Source: an uncultured bacterium (GTDB lineage: Bacteria > Bacillota > Clostridia > Lachnospirales > Lachnospiraceae). Taken from it: a DNA stretch of 64,000 nt. Below the pieces are notes generated by a model. The model searched no databases. It was not told the origin of the DNA and saw only the letters and a list, made by a program, of their open reading frames with translations. Positions within the stretch are counted from its first letter, which is position 1, and every line of letters begins with the position of its first letter. The translations under genes were made by a program, and so were the position numbers. Positions 19,507-30,308 of the stretch are shown piece by piece. Where the stretch lies: positions 13,755-77,754 of the forward strand of contig CAMWLE010000001.1 of the NCBI GenBank assembly GCA_947175015.1, given 5' to 3'.

Positions 19507-21555
19507 ATGAAAAAAATATACTGCATTTTGATGCTGGTTCTGTCCTGCTGCCTGTTTTCCAGCTGCGGCAATGAGAAAACATCCGAATACTACGACATCA
19601 GTTCAGAATCCGAACCTTTTTACGATGTGGCCGAGGCTGCTGCCAAAGACATGCGTTGCTACTTCCTTGGGGCTCAGTTTTACCAAGAGGAACCAATACA
19701 GCTCTGGGCCGTCTGGACAGTTTTTGACAGCGAAACTGCGGATATCTTCCTGTATCACATAGACGGGAGCCACGAACTTCTGTTTGAGAATCTTCCCAGG
19801 GAATACTTCCACAGCGCCCACAGTTATCTTGACAGCTCCGGAAACCTATACCATTTTTACAATTTTTCCATAAGTCCCTACCATTTCAGAAATGTACAGA
19901 TAAAAATGGAAGCATCTGGGACGCTGCTTTACAGGCATGAGAACGAGGGGCGCATAGAAATAGACCAAATATGCCAACTGCAGAACGGCAGAATATTTCT
20001 GAAATATTCCGCCAGCAGCTCCGAAGGTGCATTTGCAGAATTGGACACGGATACAGGCGTTATATCCGATGTAACTTCTTTTGTCTATGATCCCACCATG
20101 TGGATCGGTTCTGGAAGTGAGAAACTATTATGTCTACTCAGCGATGGATTCTTTGAACTCAATACAGAGAACGGAGATTGGACCAGTATATGGTCATTTA
20201 ATAAAACCACCTACCAGAAGCCTCAGCAAATGCGGCTCTTGGACTTTATACTCACAGAAGAGGGAGAGGCGCAGCTTCTCTGGGGGCCGTTCTCCAACAG
20301 CACATCGGAGATTTTCCTGCAGACACTACACCAGATAAATACCGGGGAAGGAAAAACCCCCATTGTAATGTGCGGAACGGAATTTGCGGGCAGTGACGGT
20401 GCATGGTTCAAAACGATGGCCGCCCTCTTTAACCAGGAAAACGATCGTTACTTTATTGTACTGGAAGAATGCGGCATTCAGGGAGATCCGGCGGATTACG
20501 CAAGACAGACCAGCGTCGAGGTAAGCGCCGGAAAGGGACCCGACATCTTCTACGGCGATGTGCTGGGGGAATACGCTTACGGGATTGCATCCAAAGGAGG
20601 ATTTGCAGACTTACGCCCTTACATGGAAGCCTCCGGCATAAAGGAAGATGACTGCTTCCCCTGCGCCTTTGGGTATTGGAGAGACGGGAAAAAAATATAC
20701 AGCATCACTACAAATATATGTTCCACGCCAAAGGGCGGCGGCTATTATATAGACAGTGCAGTCATCGGCAGCACAGAGGAACCGGATATTGAAACCCTGG
20801 TGGACGCACTGCTTTCCTGGCAGGAGGATGCGGTATATGCGGACTATGTAAATTCATCTGGGGTCTTGGAATTGTTCCTTGAAGGATCCGAGAACCTCTG
20901 GGGAATGGTTGACTGGAATAAGGGAACCTGTGATTTCAGCGGCGAACTGTTTGCCAAAATACTGCAGGCGGCAAAGCGGTACGGATACAACCCTAAGAAC
21001 CAGCTCCCAAGCCTTGCCCAATCAGAATTCTATGTTCTAAACCTTTTTATGGACAGAGCCACACGGGAAGAAGAAGGTAAGGTGATGGCAGGAACACTGT
21101 TTGATGACGGCTACCACACAAAGCCGGGTTCAGGTTATACCCTGATGATCAACGCGGCCTCCGCTCAAAAGGAAGGCGCGTGGGAATTCCTCCGTTTCCT
21201 GTTAAGCGATGAGGCGCAGTCTTGGGACTCTAACGATAACAGCGTCTATCCTGTCAGTAAAGATGCCTTTCATGCCCTGATAGAGAGGGAACAGGCAGAA
21301 GGACGCGTACTAACGGATTCGTCATCAGGAACAACGGTTATCCAGAGAAAGGGACTCTATGACCTTACGGACAGCAGAGCGAAAGAACTGGAAGAAATAC
21401 TGGAGGGTGCAAGATTCCTTCCTGTCAGGACAATTCCCATCCTGGAGATCATCTGTGACGAGGCGCAGGATTACTTTGACGACATAAAAAGCCTCGAAGA
21501 GATAATCGATATCATAAACAACCGCGTACAGCTTTATCTGGACGAGAACCGTTAA
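19507..21555 (+). CDS. Lipoprotein with beta-rich N-terminal region and C-terminal extracellular solute-binding domain
   Basis: Lipobox LFSSC; FNQEN..Y, VSAGKGPDI, INAASAQKEGAWEFLRFLLS, NNRVQLYLDE. Confidence 0.8.
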   Translation: MKKIYCILMLVLSCCLFSSCGNEKTSEYYDISSESEPFYDVAEAAAKDMRCYFLGAQFYQEEPIQLWAVWTVFDSETADIFLYHIDGSHELLFENLPREYFHSAHSYLDSSGNLYHFYNFSISPYHFRNVQIKMEASGTLLYRHENEGRIEIDQICQLQNGRIFLKYSASSSEGAFAELDTDTGVISDVTSFVYDPTMWIGSGSEKLLCLLSDGFFELNTENGDWTSIWSFNKTTYQKPQQMRLLDFILTEEGEAQLLWGPFSNSTSEIFLQTLHQINTGEGKTPIVMCGTEFAGSDGAWFKTMAALFNQENDRYFIVLEECGIQGDPADYARQTSVEVSAGKGPDIFYGDVLGEYAYGIASKGGFADLRPYMEASGIKEDDCFPCAFGYWRDGKKIYSITTNICSTPKGGGYYIDSAVIGSTEEPDIETLVDALLSWQEDAVYADYVNSSGVLELFLEGSENLWGMVDWNKGTCDFSGELFAKILQAAKRYGYNPKNQLPSLAQSEFYVLNLFMDRATREEEGKVMAGTLFDDGYHTKPGSGYTLMINAASAQKEGAWEFLRFLLSDEAQSWDSNDNSVYPVSKDAFHALIEREQAEGRVLTDSSSGTTVIQRKGLYDLTDSRAKELEEILEGARFLPVRTIPILEIICDEAQDYFDDIKSLEEIIDIINNRVQLYLDENR

Positions 21556-21578
21556 GAGCAAATGTAAAAGAAATGAAC

Positions 21579-21619
21579 CGGCGCCGCCTCTTACATTTAT
21601 AGAGGCGGCGCCGCTTTTT
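21579..21619 (+). terminator. Intrinsic terminator
   Basis: 13-bp perfect GC stem CGGCGCCGCCTCT/AGAGGCGGCGCCG followed by TTTTT. Confidence 0.85.
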
Positions 21620-21713
21620 GTTCTTCCTTATCTGCTTTTATTCCATTTGCATCACACATCTTAATCTCATATTGACTATATCATAAATATCATACGGCAG
21701 GCAGTAAATTCAC

Positions 21714-23234
21714 CTACTCTTTTGAACTCTGTTTCCCTTTGTTCGGGTCTTCCAATAACTGGTTGCTGCGAATATCAATCACCGGACCGCCGGTTCCAAG
21801 AATGTACTCCCTGGTGATCGTCACCTTGCCGATATTATCATCCTTGGGAATCTCATACATAATATCCAGCATGAAGTCTTCAATAATAGAGCGCAGTGCC
21901 CTGGCGCCGGTATCTCGTTCCATCGCTTTGTCCGCAATCGCTTCCAAGGCGTCATCGTTGAATTCCAACTTGACTTCATCCAACTCCAGCAGCTTTTGAT
22001 ATTGTTTTAAAATAGCGTTTTTCGGCTCTTTCAATATCTTCACCAGCATATCCCTGGTCAGCCCGTCCAATGTATAGATAATGGGCAGACGTCCGATAAA
22101 CTCAGGAATCATACCAAATTTCCTGATATCCTCCACAGTTACCTTGGAGAGAATATTTTTGTCTTTATTATATTTATCCTTCAGCTCCGAATTGAAACCA
22201 ATAGACGCGGATTTGTTCAGCCTCTCCTTAACGATATCTTCCAGATCCGGGAACGCACCGCCGCAAATAAACAATATATTACGAGTATTCACCGTAGCCA
22301 GCGGCACCATGGCATTTTTGCTGTTTGCCCCCACGGGCACCTCCACTTCCGCACCTTCCAGCAGCTTCAGCATGCCCTGCTGAACGCTTTCACCACTAAC
22401 ATCCCGGCTGTTGGTATTCTTTTTCTTGGCAATTTTATCTATCTCATCAATGAATATAATGCCCTGCTCCGCCTTCTCCACATCATTGTCCGCAGCCGCC
22501 AGAAGCTTGGACACCACCGATTCGATATCATCACCGATATAGCCTGCTTCCGTCAGAGATGTGGCGTCCGCAATGGCCAAGGGCACATCCAGCAGCCGTG
22601 CCAACGTTTTCACCAGATAAGTCTTGCCGCTGCCCGTAGGTCCTATCATCAGCATATTGGACTTCTCTATCTCAATCTCGTCCATGGTATTGGTGGCCAC
22701 ACGTTTATAATGATTATAAACGGCTACAGAGATTACCTTCTTGGCATGATCCTGCCCCACCACATATTCATCCAGACTCGCTTTAATCTTATGAGGCGCA
22801 GGAATATTCTTGATATTCAGAACCGGCTCCTGCCCCTCTTTTTTCTTCTTTTTCTTCAGCTTCTGCTTATTGGGAATACCTCCATCCCCCTGCAGATCAG
22901 CCAGATTCACAAAACTGATATTAGGAAATCCCTTCTTGGCCATCTGATCCAATTCATTCTGAAACTGGGGATTATTCAACATTCCCTGGTAATCAAACTG
23001 GCTGACTGTCTCCATGGTCTTGTGCATACAATCATCACAGATACAGATATGATTGGGCAGCTTGATCATCTTCCCCGCCTTGCTCTCCGGCCTGCGGCAG
23101 ATAAAACACACATCTTCATAATCGCTGTTATCGCTTTTTCCTGCATTCTTGGTTGCGGAAGCATCTTCATGCCCCTCTGTCAGGTCAATCTTCTCTTCTT
23201 TTGTCTCTTCGCCTTCATCAAACCTATCCGACAT
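21714..23234 (-). CDS. clpX: ATP-dependent Clp protease ATP-binding subunit ClpX
   Basis: C4 zinc finger, GPTGSGKT, EAGYIGDD, IDEIDK, RDVSGESVQQ, SIGF loop, TGARALR. Confidence 0.96.
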   Translation of the reverse strand: MSDRFDEGEETKEEKIDLTEGHEDASATKNAGKSDNSDYEDVCFICRRPESKAGKMIKLPNHICICDDCMHKTMETVSQFDYQGMLNNPQFQNELDQMAKKGFPNISFVNLADLQGDGGIPNKQKLKKKKKKEGQEPVLNIKNIPAPHKIKASLDEYVVGQDHAKKVISVAVYNHYKRVATNTMDEIEIEKSNMLMIGPTGSGKTYLVKTLARLLDVPLAIADATSLTEAGYIGDDIESVVSKLLAAADNDVEKAEQGIIFIDEIDKIAKKKNTNSRDVSGESVQQGMLKLLEGAEVEVPVGANSKNAMVPLATVNTRNILFICGGAFPDLEDIVKERLNKSASIGFNSELKDKYNKDKNILSKVTVEDIRKFGMIPEFIGRLPIIYTLDGLTRDMLVKILKEPKNAILKQYQKLLELDEVKLEFNDDALEAIADKAMERDTGARALRSIIEDFMLDIMYEIPKDDNIGKVTITREYILGTGGPVIDIRSNQLLEDPNKGKQSSKE

Positions 23235-23605
23235 ATCTCCTCATTTCCGCACATTATCCTGCACTTTTTCATATTTCCGCACATGTTACCCGCATGCTTC
23301 ATTCTGACACCTGAATCCCCGGTGCCACGCGTCTGAACTATCATACTATTACGGCTAATATGAGTATACTGTAAAATGGATATCTATACAAGTAAACTTT
23401 TTATTATTTTATACTTTCTATATCCATTATGAGCCAACTACCTCATCTACATTATGCGCGCAGAGCATCTGCCTTATATGTCTAACTCCCAATTCTCTTT
23501 CATGTTCCCGGTGCTCGAAATCCTATTTCCCGGTGTATAAGTTCTATTATCGAGAATCATACAAATACGATTTCTTATCATCAATATGCAGATATGGGAC
23601 AAGTT

Positions 23606-24502
23606 CTAGCCATCCTTTTGCATTTTCGGGTATTGAGCGAACTTGCCCAAAAGAACTGCTCCCAGAACCAAAAAGCCAATCATACCAATTAAGCCGGATG
23701 GTTTTGGCCCCAAAAGAACATTATAGATATCCAAGCAAATAAGAAGCGGCGCTTCCCGAATGGCATTGATTGCACCATGGGCAATACAAGCGGGAAAAAT
23801 ACTTCCGGATTTCAGTGTCAGCCAGGAGAGAAATACGCCAATACTGGTTGCAAAAAGTACCATCATCAGAATACCAGACCAGGGTTTACCCGGATAGTTA
23901 CCAGTATAGTTTAACTCAAAGCAGACCAACGGAGCATGAACAATTCCCCATAGAACACCATTCAGTAAAATCGCCTTTTGCACGCCAAGTTCTTCCACCA
24001 GTAACGGCAAAAGAAAACCTCTCCAGCCAAGTTCTTCACCAAAGGCCACTATATGATTTACAAAAACCAGCGGCGACAACAATATAAGAATCAAACCAAT
24101 GCCCACGACAACGGGAATGGTAAGCTGCGGCAGGTCAGCCGCCAGTCCATTGTTGACGAGAAGTTGTGCCGCATAGGTTAAGGACAGGTCAAAATGGCTC
24201 GGAAATATGAAGAAATAGAGCGCCACACCTATCCCTTCCAAGACTCCGGGAAGAAATGCCGCCAACAGATATTCTTTCCAGGCCTTCCGAAGATTTAGCC
24301 GTAAGAACAGTCCGCCCTTTTCATGGGCCAGCCTCCTTACGATCAGAGTTGTCAGTGCGGGCAGAAACATAAACACCACCGATGTAAGAATCATCAACAG
24401 ACTTGCGGGTTCAGCGTGCAGCAGGAACAGCGGCAGAGTGCACAGGATGACCAGGCCAAACTCAATGCCAATGAATGCTATAATTTTTTCTCTCCGTCTC
24501 AT
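23606..24502 (-). CDS. CPBP/Abi family intramembrane glutamic endopeptidase
   Basis: GEELGWRG, WGIVH, IAHGAIN motifs; multiple TM segments. Confidence 0.9.
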   Translation of the reverse strand: MRRREKIIAFIGIEFGLVILCTLPLFLLHAEPASLLMILTSVVFMFLPALTTLIVRRLAHEKGGLFLRLNLRKAWKEYLLAAFLPGVLEGIGVALYFFIFPSHFDLSLTYAAQLLVNNGLAADLPQLTIPVVVGIGLILILLSPLVFVNHIVAFGEELGWRGFLLPLLVEELGVQKAILLNGVLWGIVHAPLVCFELNYTGNYPGKPWSGILMMVLFATSIGVFLSWLTLKSGSIFPACIAHGAINAIREAPLLICLDIYNVLLGPKPSGLIGMIGFLVLGAVLLGKFAQYPKMQKDG

Positions 24503-24618
24503 AAGAATTCTCCTTCCAATTCCGGGGACTTTCCATGACGCTTTACGAATCATGGTTACTATCAGCCCCCCACATAAAAACTCCCTTTTCGTAAAAGGTG
24601 TTCCCTAAAATACCCGCC

Positions 24619-24816
24619 TTATATATCTAATTCGGGCGGAACGTCTATCTCATCAGAAACATACTTTCCGTTCTTCTTGCGTTGGCGGACACATTCTGTC
24701 AACAGGTATTCAATCTGCCCATTGACAGAACGGAAATCATCCTCCGCCCATGCAGCGATGGCATTATAGAGTTTAGGAGATAATCTCAACGGAACCTGCT
24801 TTTTATTATCTGCCAT
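24619..24816 (-). CDS. Arc/ribbon-helix-helix DNA-binding protein
   Basis: [27 protein letters not shown]; starts 1 nt after the SPFH stop. Confidence 0.85.
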   Translation of the reverse strand: MADNKKQVPLRLSPKLYNAIAAWAEDDFRSVNGQIEYLLTECVRQRKKNGKYVSDEIDVPPELDI

Positions 24817-24817
24817 A

Positions 24818-25861
24818 TTAATACAAGCTCCCTGAATTTACTACCGGCTGTGCATCACGGTTTCCGCACAATACCACCAGCAGATTGGAAACCATGGCCG
24901 CCTTGCGTTCTTCATCCAAATGCACCACCTCTTTTTCATTAAGCCGATCCAAAGCCATTTCCACCATGCCCACTGCTCCGTCTACTATCATCTTGCGGGC
25001 ATCAACGATTGCCGAAGCCTGCTGACGCTGCAGCATTACGGCCGCAATCTCAGGTGCATATGCCAGATACGTAATTCTCGCCTCAATAATCTCTATCCCG
25101 GCCTCTTCCACACGTGTCTGTATTTCATCCCGGATTCTTGCCGCTACCACCTCACTGGACCCCCGCAGACTTCCCTCATCCGCCACCCCATCGCCAGTGG
25201 TATCCACATTGGGCGCTACATCATAGGGATAGAGCCGAACCACATTCCGCAGCGCACTGTCACATTGCAGTGACAGAAATTCCTTGTAATTATTCACATT
25301 AAACACTGCTTTGGCCGTATCCACAATCTTCCAGGTAACTGCAATTCCAATTTCTATGGGATTTCCCAGACAGTCATTGATCTTCTGCCGACTGTTGTTC
25401 AGCGTCATAATCTTTAATGACAATTTATTGCTTGTCATCTCCAAATTCGCTGTTCCCTGCACTGCACCTACAACAGCCGCCAGGCTGCCGGTCTCCGTTA
25501 CATCTCCGCTTTGATTCAATCTGGTTTTGGCCGCCGGGTTCACCGAAGTGCAGAAAGGATTTACATAGTAAAAACCACTATCTTTTAACGTCCCCACATA
25601 CTTTCCAAACAAGGTAAGCACCAGCGCCTCCTGGGGTTTTAACACTTTCAGACCACAGAAAAATATCCACGCCGTACAAAATACAATAATACTTACCGCC
25701 AACCCTATTATTGACAGTACGTGTGCCGTTTCTTTCACATAAACTTCTTCCATATGTACCACAGAAAATACAAACACAGAGACATCCAGAATATAGAGCA
25801 GCAAAACCAATAACAATACTTTCATTCCATTCTTTTTCCCGTTCAGAACTTTCTCGTCCAT
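24818..25861 (-). CDS. SPFH (band 7) domain membrane protein
   Basis: Two N-terminal TM helices; [39 protein letters not shown]. Confidence 0.9.
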   Translation of the reverse strand: MDEKVLNGKKNGMKVLLLVLLLYILDVSVFVFSVVHMEEVYVKETAHVLSIIGLAVSIIVFCTAWIFFCGLKVLKPQEALVLTLFGKYVGTLKDSGFYYVNPFCTSVNPAAKTRLNQSGDVTETGSLAAVVGAVQGTANLEMTSNKLSLKIMTLNNSRQKINDCLGNPIEIGIAVTWKIVDTAKAVFNVNNYKEFLSLQCDSALRNVVRLYPYDVAPNVDTTGDGVADEGSLRGSSEVVAARIRDEIQTRVEEAGIEIIEARITYLAYAPEIAAVMLQRQQASAIVDARKMIVDGAVGMVEMALDRLNEKEVVHLDEERKAAMVSNLLVVLCGNRDAQPVVNSGSLY

Positions 25862-25898
25862 ACCACTACCTCCTGCTTTCTTTTGAGTGAAATTTATT

Positions 25899-25917
25899 TG
25901 ATATCATAATAATATCA
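25899..25917. promoter_or_regulatory. Putative operator for the RHH repressor of the SPFH operon
   Basis: Tandem palindromes TGATATCA-taa-TAATATCA about 40 nt upstream of the SPFH start. Confidence 0.5.
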
Positions 25918-26062
25918 TATTGATGTGCGCGATGCAAGTATTTTTATAAAAATACATACGAAAACAGGAAACCTGTTTGTCAGATTTCCTGTTCGCTTTC
26001 TTCCATCCTGATATTGCTTTCCTGTTCCCACTCTGATATGGCTTTTCTTTCGCCTGGGTGAA

Positions 26063-26974
26063 TTATGCCTTTCCTTTAGAAAGGGGATTTCCTACCCTAA
26101 TCTCCATTCCCCTGTATATATTTCGGATCACTACTTTATTATGACTGCCGCCATTTTCTCCATCCAGCGTCCATGCCACCGGCTCTTCCGATTCCAGGGA
26201 AAGCTCCGCTGTACGGAAACAATACATCGCCTCAGAATCAATATTACGGTTCAGCAATGCCAGCATAATATTATTCAATTCCACCGGATTCTTGGGATTT
26301 TTAATCAAAGTCACTTCAAACACACCATCGTCCAGTTTCACATTCTTGCCCGTAATATTCTTGAAGCCTCCTACGGAGACAGAATTGGTAATCATACCAA
26401 AAATAAAATCCTCTTCCACCTCGTTTCCTTCCCAACACACCTTCATGGGAAAAGAATGTACAGAAGACAGTCGTTTCATCCCTTCCAGCAAATACGCAAT
26501 ATATCCCAGTATATTTTTCATATCCTGCCCTGTCTCATAGGATACATCCGTAAAAAGTCCAAATGCGGCAATATAGACAAAGATATCGTCATTAAAGGCC
26601 CCCACATCACAGGGAAAATTTCTGCCCTGTACAATGGTTTCCGCTGCACTCACCATCTTCTTCGGCAATGACAGGCTCCCGCCGAAATCATTGGTGCTGC
26701 CTGCGGGAATATAGCCTATGGGTGTCCGGATGCCGCTCCTGATCATTCCTGTCACCACTTCATCCAACGTGCCGTCCCCGCCGCTGCACGCTATCATTTC
26801 ATAGTCGTCAGTGCGCTTCTCCACTACTTCCCTGGCATCTCCGCTTTTCTGCGTGGGCACCACAGTAATTTCATAGCCGGCTCTGGCAAAAATATCCAGG
26901 ATATCTGCCAGTTTGTTCCTGATCGATGCTTTTCCCGCTTTGGGATTATATACAAAAAGGAGCTTCTTGCTCAT
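26063..26974 (-). CDS. Diacylglycerol kinase family lipid kinase (YegS/DagK-like)
   Basis: YNPKAGK, GGDGTLDEV, PAGSTNDF, LDGE. Confidence 0.92.
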   Translation of the reverse strand: MSKKLLFVYNPKAGKASIRNKLADILDIFARAGYEITVVPTQKSGDAREVVEKRTDDYEMIACSGGDGTLDEVVTGMIRSGIRTPIGYIPAGSTNDFGGSLSLPKKMVSAAETIVQGRNFPCDVGAFNDDIFVYIAAFGLFTDVSYETGQDMKNILGYIAYLLEGMKRLSSVHSFPMKVCWEGNEVEEDFIFGMITNSVSVGGFKNITGKNVKLDDGVFEVTLIKNPKNPVELNNIMLALLNRNIDSEAMYCFRTAELSLESEEPVAWTLDGENGGSHNKVVIRNIYRGMEIRVGNPLSKGKA

Positions 26975-27042
26975 TCGCATTTCCCCTTATCTTATTTTTC
27001 AACCATACAACACCATCTTCCTGGAACATCAGCGAAGCTCTC

Positions 27043-27303
27043 TTATGCGCCTTTCCCGCTCAAGAACCCGTCAATACCTTCCACTGCGGCCTTCTCATCC
27101 GCTCCATCGGCAGAAACTTCCAACTCCACACCAGTATTCAATCCCAGACTCATCATACCCATAATGCTTTTGGCATTCACCCTTCTGCCGCCGGCCTGGA
27201 TATAAATGACACTGTCATACTTACTGGCCTCCTGAACCAACAATGCCACCGGCCTTGCCTCTGCTCCATTTTCCAGTTTAACACGAATATTTTTCGTTGT
27301 CAT
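27043..27303 (-). CDS. HPr-family protein with His15 replaced by Glu (Crh-like)
   Basis: GAEARPVA instead of GLHARPA; NAKSIMG Ser46 motif intact; GADE. Confidence 0.88.
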   Translation of the reverse strand: MTTKNIRVKLENGAEARPVALLVQEASKYDSVIYIQAGGRRVNAKSIMGMMSLGLNTGVELEVSADGADEKAAVEGIDGFLSGKGA

Positions 27304-27395
27304 ACTCATACCTCCCTGCCCGTCCAGACGGGCATCCATCCAAAATCCTTTCTTATCGTTCCCAAACAGGAACACACTTTCAATGTACAACTCTC

Positions 27396-28277
27396 TTACA
27401 ATTCGAGTTGTGACAGCCTGATTTTATCCGCAAGTTCACTGAGCTTGCGCAATCTATGGTTTACACCGGACTTGCCGATAGGCGGATTGAAACAGGCCCC
27501 TAGCTCCTTCAAAGGTACATCCGGGTTCTCCAGACGCACATCTGCCATTTGGCGCAAAGCTTCGGGTAGATTCTGATAACCGTAATATTTCTCCAGATAC
27601 TTAATGTCTTCCACCTGTCTCGCCGCGGCATTAACCGTCCTGGCAATATTGGCAGTCTCACAATTCACACGCCTGTTCACGGAATTGCGCATTTCCTTCA
27701 GTATACGGAGATTTTCCAGACTCATCAGCGATACCGGGGCTTCACAGACATTCAGCAAATCTACGATACCGGCTCCCTCCTTCAGATAAACCACATGGTA
27801 TTTCTTCCGAAGAATTATCCTGGCCTCAATGTCAAATCCTTTTATCAAACCCTGCAGTTGTTTCGCCTTCGCCTCATCGCAACAGTCAAACTCCAGATGA
27901 TATCCTTTGGTCGGGTCACTGATAGAACCTATACTCAAAAACGCCCCTCTGAGAAAGGCTCTTTGACAGCAAAAGCTTTTTATCAGCAGAGGACTGACCG
28001 GCTCTCCTAAATTACCCAACTTCTGCAACACATCCTGTATTTGCTTCTCCTCCAATGTAGTATCCGTATCTATATTAAATGTTTTTCTTAATAATGTAAA
28101 GCCTTTTCTTACAACAGCTTCATTTTCTGTCTGAAACCCAATTGTAAACCTACCTTTTTCGTCTCGTCCATACTGGCCGCAGAAATTCATAATCGCTGCC
28201 AGCTCCGCGATCTGGCAATGTCTCGCAGGACTGACTTGCTTCGCCAGCTCCTTCTTGACCTCACTGGAAAACGACAT
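27396..28277 (-). CDS. whiA: DNA-binding protein WhiA
   Basis: MSFSSEVKKEL, FLRGAFL..GSISDP, NRRVNCETAN, KSGVNHRLRKL. Confidence 0.95.
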   Translation of the reverse strand: MSFSSEVKKELAKQVSPARHCQIAELAAIMNFCGQYGRDEKGRFTIGFQTENEAVVRKGFTLLRKTFNIDTDTTLEEKQIQDVLQKLGNLGEPVSPLLIKSFCCQRAFLRGAFLSIGSISDPTKGYHLEFDCCDEAKAKQLQGLIKGFDIEARIILRKKYHVVYLKEGAGIVDLLNVCEAPVSLMSLENLRILKEMRNSVNRRVNCETANIARTVNAAARQVEDIKYLEKYYGYQNLPEALRQMADVRLENPDVPLKELGACFNPPIGKSGVNHRLRKLSELADKIRLSQLEL

Positions 28278-28298
28278 CGGCTCCTGGCTCCTTCCTTT

Positions 28299-28398
28299 CA
28301 CAAACAATCCGTGAGAAGAATGCCTGTACAAAGTGAGCTTGCTCACTTGGCATTCTTCCGTGTGTAAAAGGTCTGCTGTGCAGACCTTTTACACACTT
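28299..28398. repeat. Dispersed palindromic intergenic repeat, copy 3
   Basis: Perfect 17-bp stem GTGTGTAAAAGGTCTGC/GCAGACCTTTTACACAC plus GAAGAATGCC..GGCATTCTTC stem; abuts the rapZ stop codon. Confidence 0.8.
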
Positions 28399-29263
28399 AT
28401 TTCCCCTGTTGTGTTACATCTCTATGATACAATTTCATCCCGTACTTGCCCCTGTCCTTCATTCGTTTATACAACTCATTGGCAAGCGTCACACTGCGAT
28501 GCTTCCCTCCGGTGCAGCCAATGGCAATGACCAGGCGATATTTTCCCTCCTTCACATAATTTGGTATTAGAAACTGTATCATGTCCGTAAGTTTTTCCAT
28601 GAACTCTTCCGCCTCCGGAAAACTCATGACATATTCCTGTACTTCCCTGTCATTTCCCGTTTTGTACTTCAAATCCTCTATATAAAATGGATTGGGCAGG
28701 AAACGCACATCCAACACCAGATCCGCATCCGCCGGAATACCATGTTTAAATCCAAAGGACATGACCGTTACCATGAGACTATTATATTCTCCATTCTCCA
28801 CAAAAATACGGTCAAGTTCCTCTTTTAATTCTCTGGTAAGCAAATTCGTCGTGTCAATCACATAATCCGCATGACGGCGAATATTTTCCAACACTTTCCG
28901 TTCCGCCCTGACACCATCCTCCACACGCCCGTCCGCGGCCAGCGGATGGATACGTCTGGTCTCCTTATATCGCTTGATCAGCACATTGGTCCCTGCATCC
29001 ATAAAAAGAATCTCAAGCTTGCACCCTTCCTGTTTCAGTTTCTCCAAGACCCTGGTGGCATCTTCAAAAGACTGGTCGGAACGCACATCCAGTCCCAATA
29101 CTACCTTGCTGACCTCACTGCCCGGCATGGAGATCAGCTCTACAAATTTCTCAATTAAAGACACAGGAAGGTTGTCCACACAATAAAAACCTGCATCCTC
29201 CAACATCTTCAGGGCGGTGCTTTTACCACCGCCGCTCATCCCTGTTACTACTACAAATCTCAT
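28397..29263 (-). CDS. rapZ: RNase adapter RapZ / YvcJ P-loop protein
   Basis: VTGMSGGGKS, CVDNLP, RYKETRRIHPL, SFGFKHG, GCTGGKHRSV. Confidence 0.95.
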   Translation of the reverse strand: MRFVVVTGMSGGGKSTALKMLEDAGFYCVDNLPVSLIEKFVELISMPGSEVSKVVLGLDVRSDQSFEDATRVLEKLKQEGCKLEILFMDAGTNVLIKRYKETRRIHPLAADGRVEDGVRAERKVLENIRRHADYVIDTTNLLTRELKEELDRIFVENGEYNSLMVTVMSFGFKHGIPADADLVLDVRFLPNPFYIEDLKYKTGNDREVQEYVMSFPEAEEFMEKLTDMIQFLIPNYVKEGKYRLVIAIGCTGGKHRSVTLANELYKRMKDRGKYGMKLYHRDVTQQGK

Positions 29264-30180
29264 ATGTCCTCCCAACCTAAAAACACCACTTCCGTCTCCA
29301 ATGCTACACGAAACCTTTCCTTCACCTGCCTTTGGATCTCTCCAATGATCTCTCTCACATCCTTCGCAGTAGCCCCTCCAGCATTGATAATAAAACCGCA
29401 ATGTTTGTCTGACACTCTGGCACCGCCTATCTGAAATCCCCGAAAACCTGCTTCCATAATCAGCTGTCCCGCAAAATGTCCTTCCGGCCGTTTGAAAGTA
29501 CTTCCCGCACTGGGATATTCCAAGGGCTGTTTCTCCCTGCGCCTGGCTGCCAGTTCCTCCATTTTCGTCTTAATCGTCTCCTTGTCCCCACGTTCCAGAC
29601 AGAAAGCAACCTCTGTCACGGTAAAAGGGTTATCCCTGATAATACTGGTGCGATAGCCGAATTCCATAGTGGAATTGTCAAGTTTCAATGTCTCACCTTC
29701 ACTGTTGACCACCGTTACCTCTGTCACTATCTGACTCATCTCACCTCCATAGGCGCCGGCATTCATAACCACACCACCGCCCACTGTACCCGGAATCCCA
29801 GAGGCGAACTCCAAACCCGTCAGGCCATGTTCCAGGGCTGCGTGGGCCACCTGACTCATTGTGGCTCCCGCCTGTGCCACAATACGACAACCCTGCACCG
29901 AAATCTTACTCATCTTTTTTCCAATCTGCAGGATGACACCTCGATACCCCTCATCCTTTACCAACAGATTACTGCCATTCCCCAGAATAAAAAACGGGAC
30001 GCCCACTAAATACAGATACTTCTGTACCTTTTTTAGCTGTTCCTCACTCTCCAACTGCATATAACAATCGGCAGGTCCTCCTATCCGAAAGGTAGTGTGA
30101 CCTGCCATTGGCTCCTGTAAGAGTATGTTTTCATCGGGTACAAATTTTTGTAATGCCTCAACCACTGCTTTACTAATCAT
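29260..30180 (-). CDS. murB: UDP-N-acetylenolpyruvoylglucosamine reductase
   Basis: HTTFRIGGPAD, GNGSNLL, GIPGTVGG..MNAGAYG, QPLEYPSAGSTFKRP. Confidence 0.96.
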   Translation of the reverse strand: MISKAVVEALQKFVPDENILLQEPMAGHTTFRIGGPADCYMQLESEEQLKKVQKYLYLVGVPFFILGNGSNLLVKDEGYRGVILQIGKKMSKISVQGCRIVAQAGATMSQVAHAALEHGLTGLEFASGIPGTVGGGVVMNAGAYGGEMSQIVTEVTVVNSEGETLKLDNSTMEFGYRTSIIRDNPFTVTEVAFCLERGDKETIKTKMEELAARRREKQPLEYPSAGSTFKRPEGHFAGQLIMEAGFRGFQIGGARVSDKHCGFIINAGGATAKDVREIIGEIQRQVKERFRVALETEVVFLGWEDI

Positions 30181-30308
30181 TGCACTTCTTTTCCTTTACA
30201 AAATTAACCCTGAACGCTGTGTTCGTAACTGCCATATTCCATCCCCAGGGTGCATTGCCCACTTCTGACGCTTTCCTCGTACCGCCCGCAAAACAATATG
30301 CCATACAC

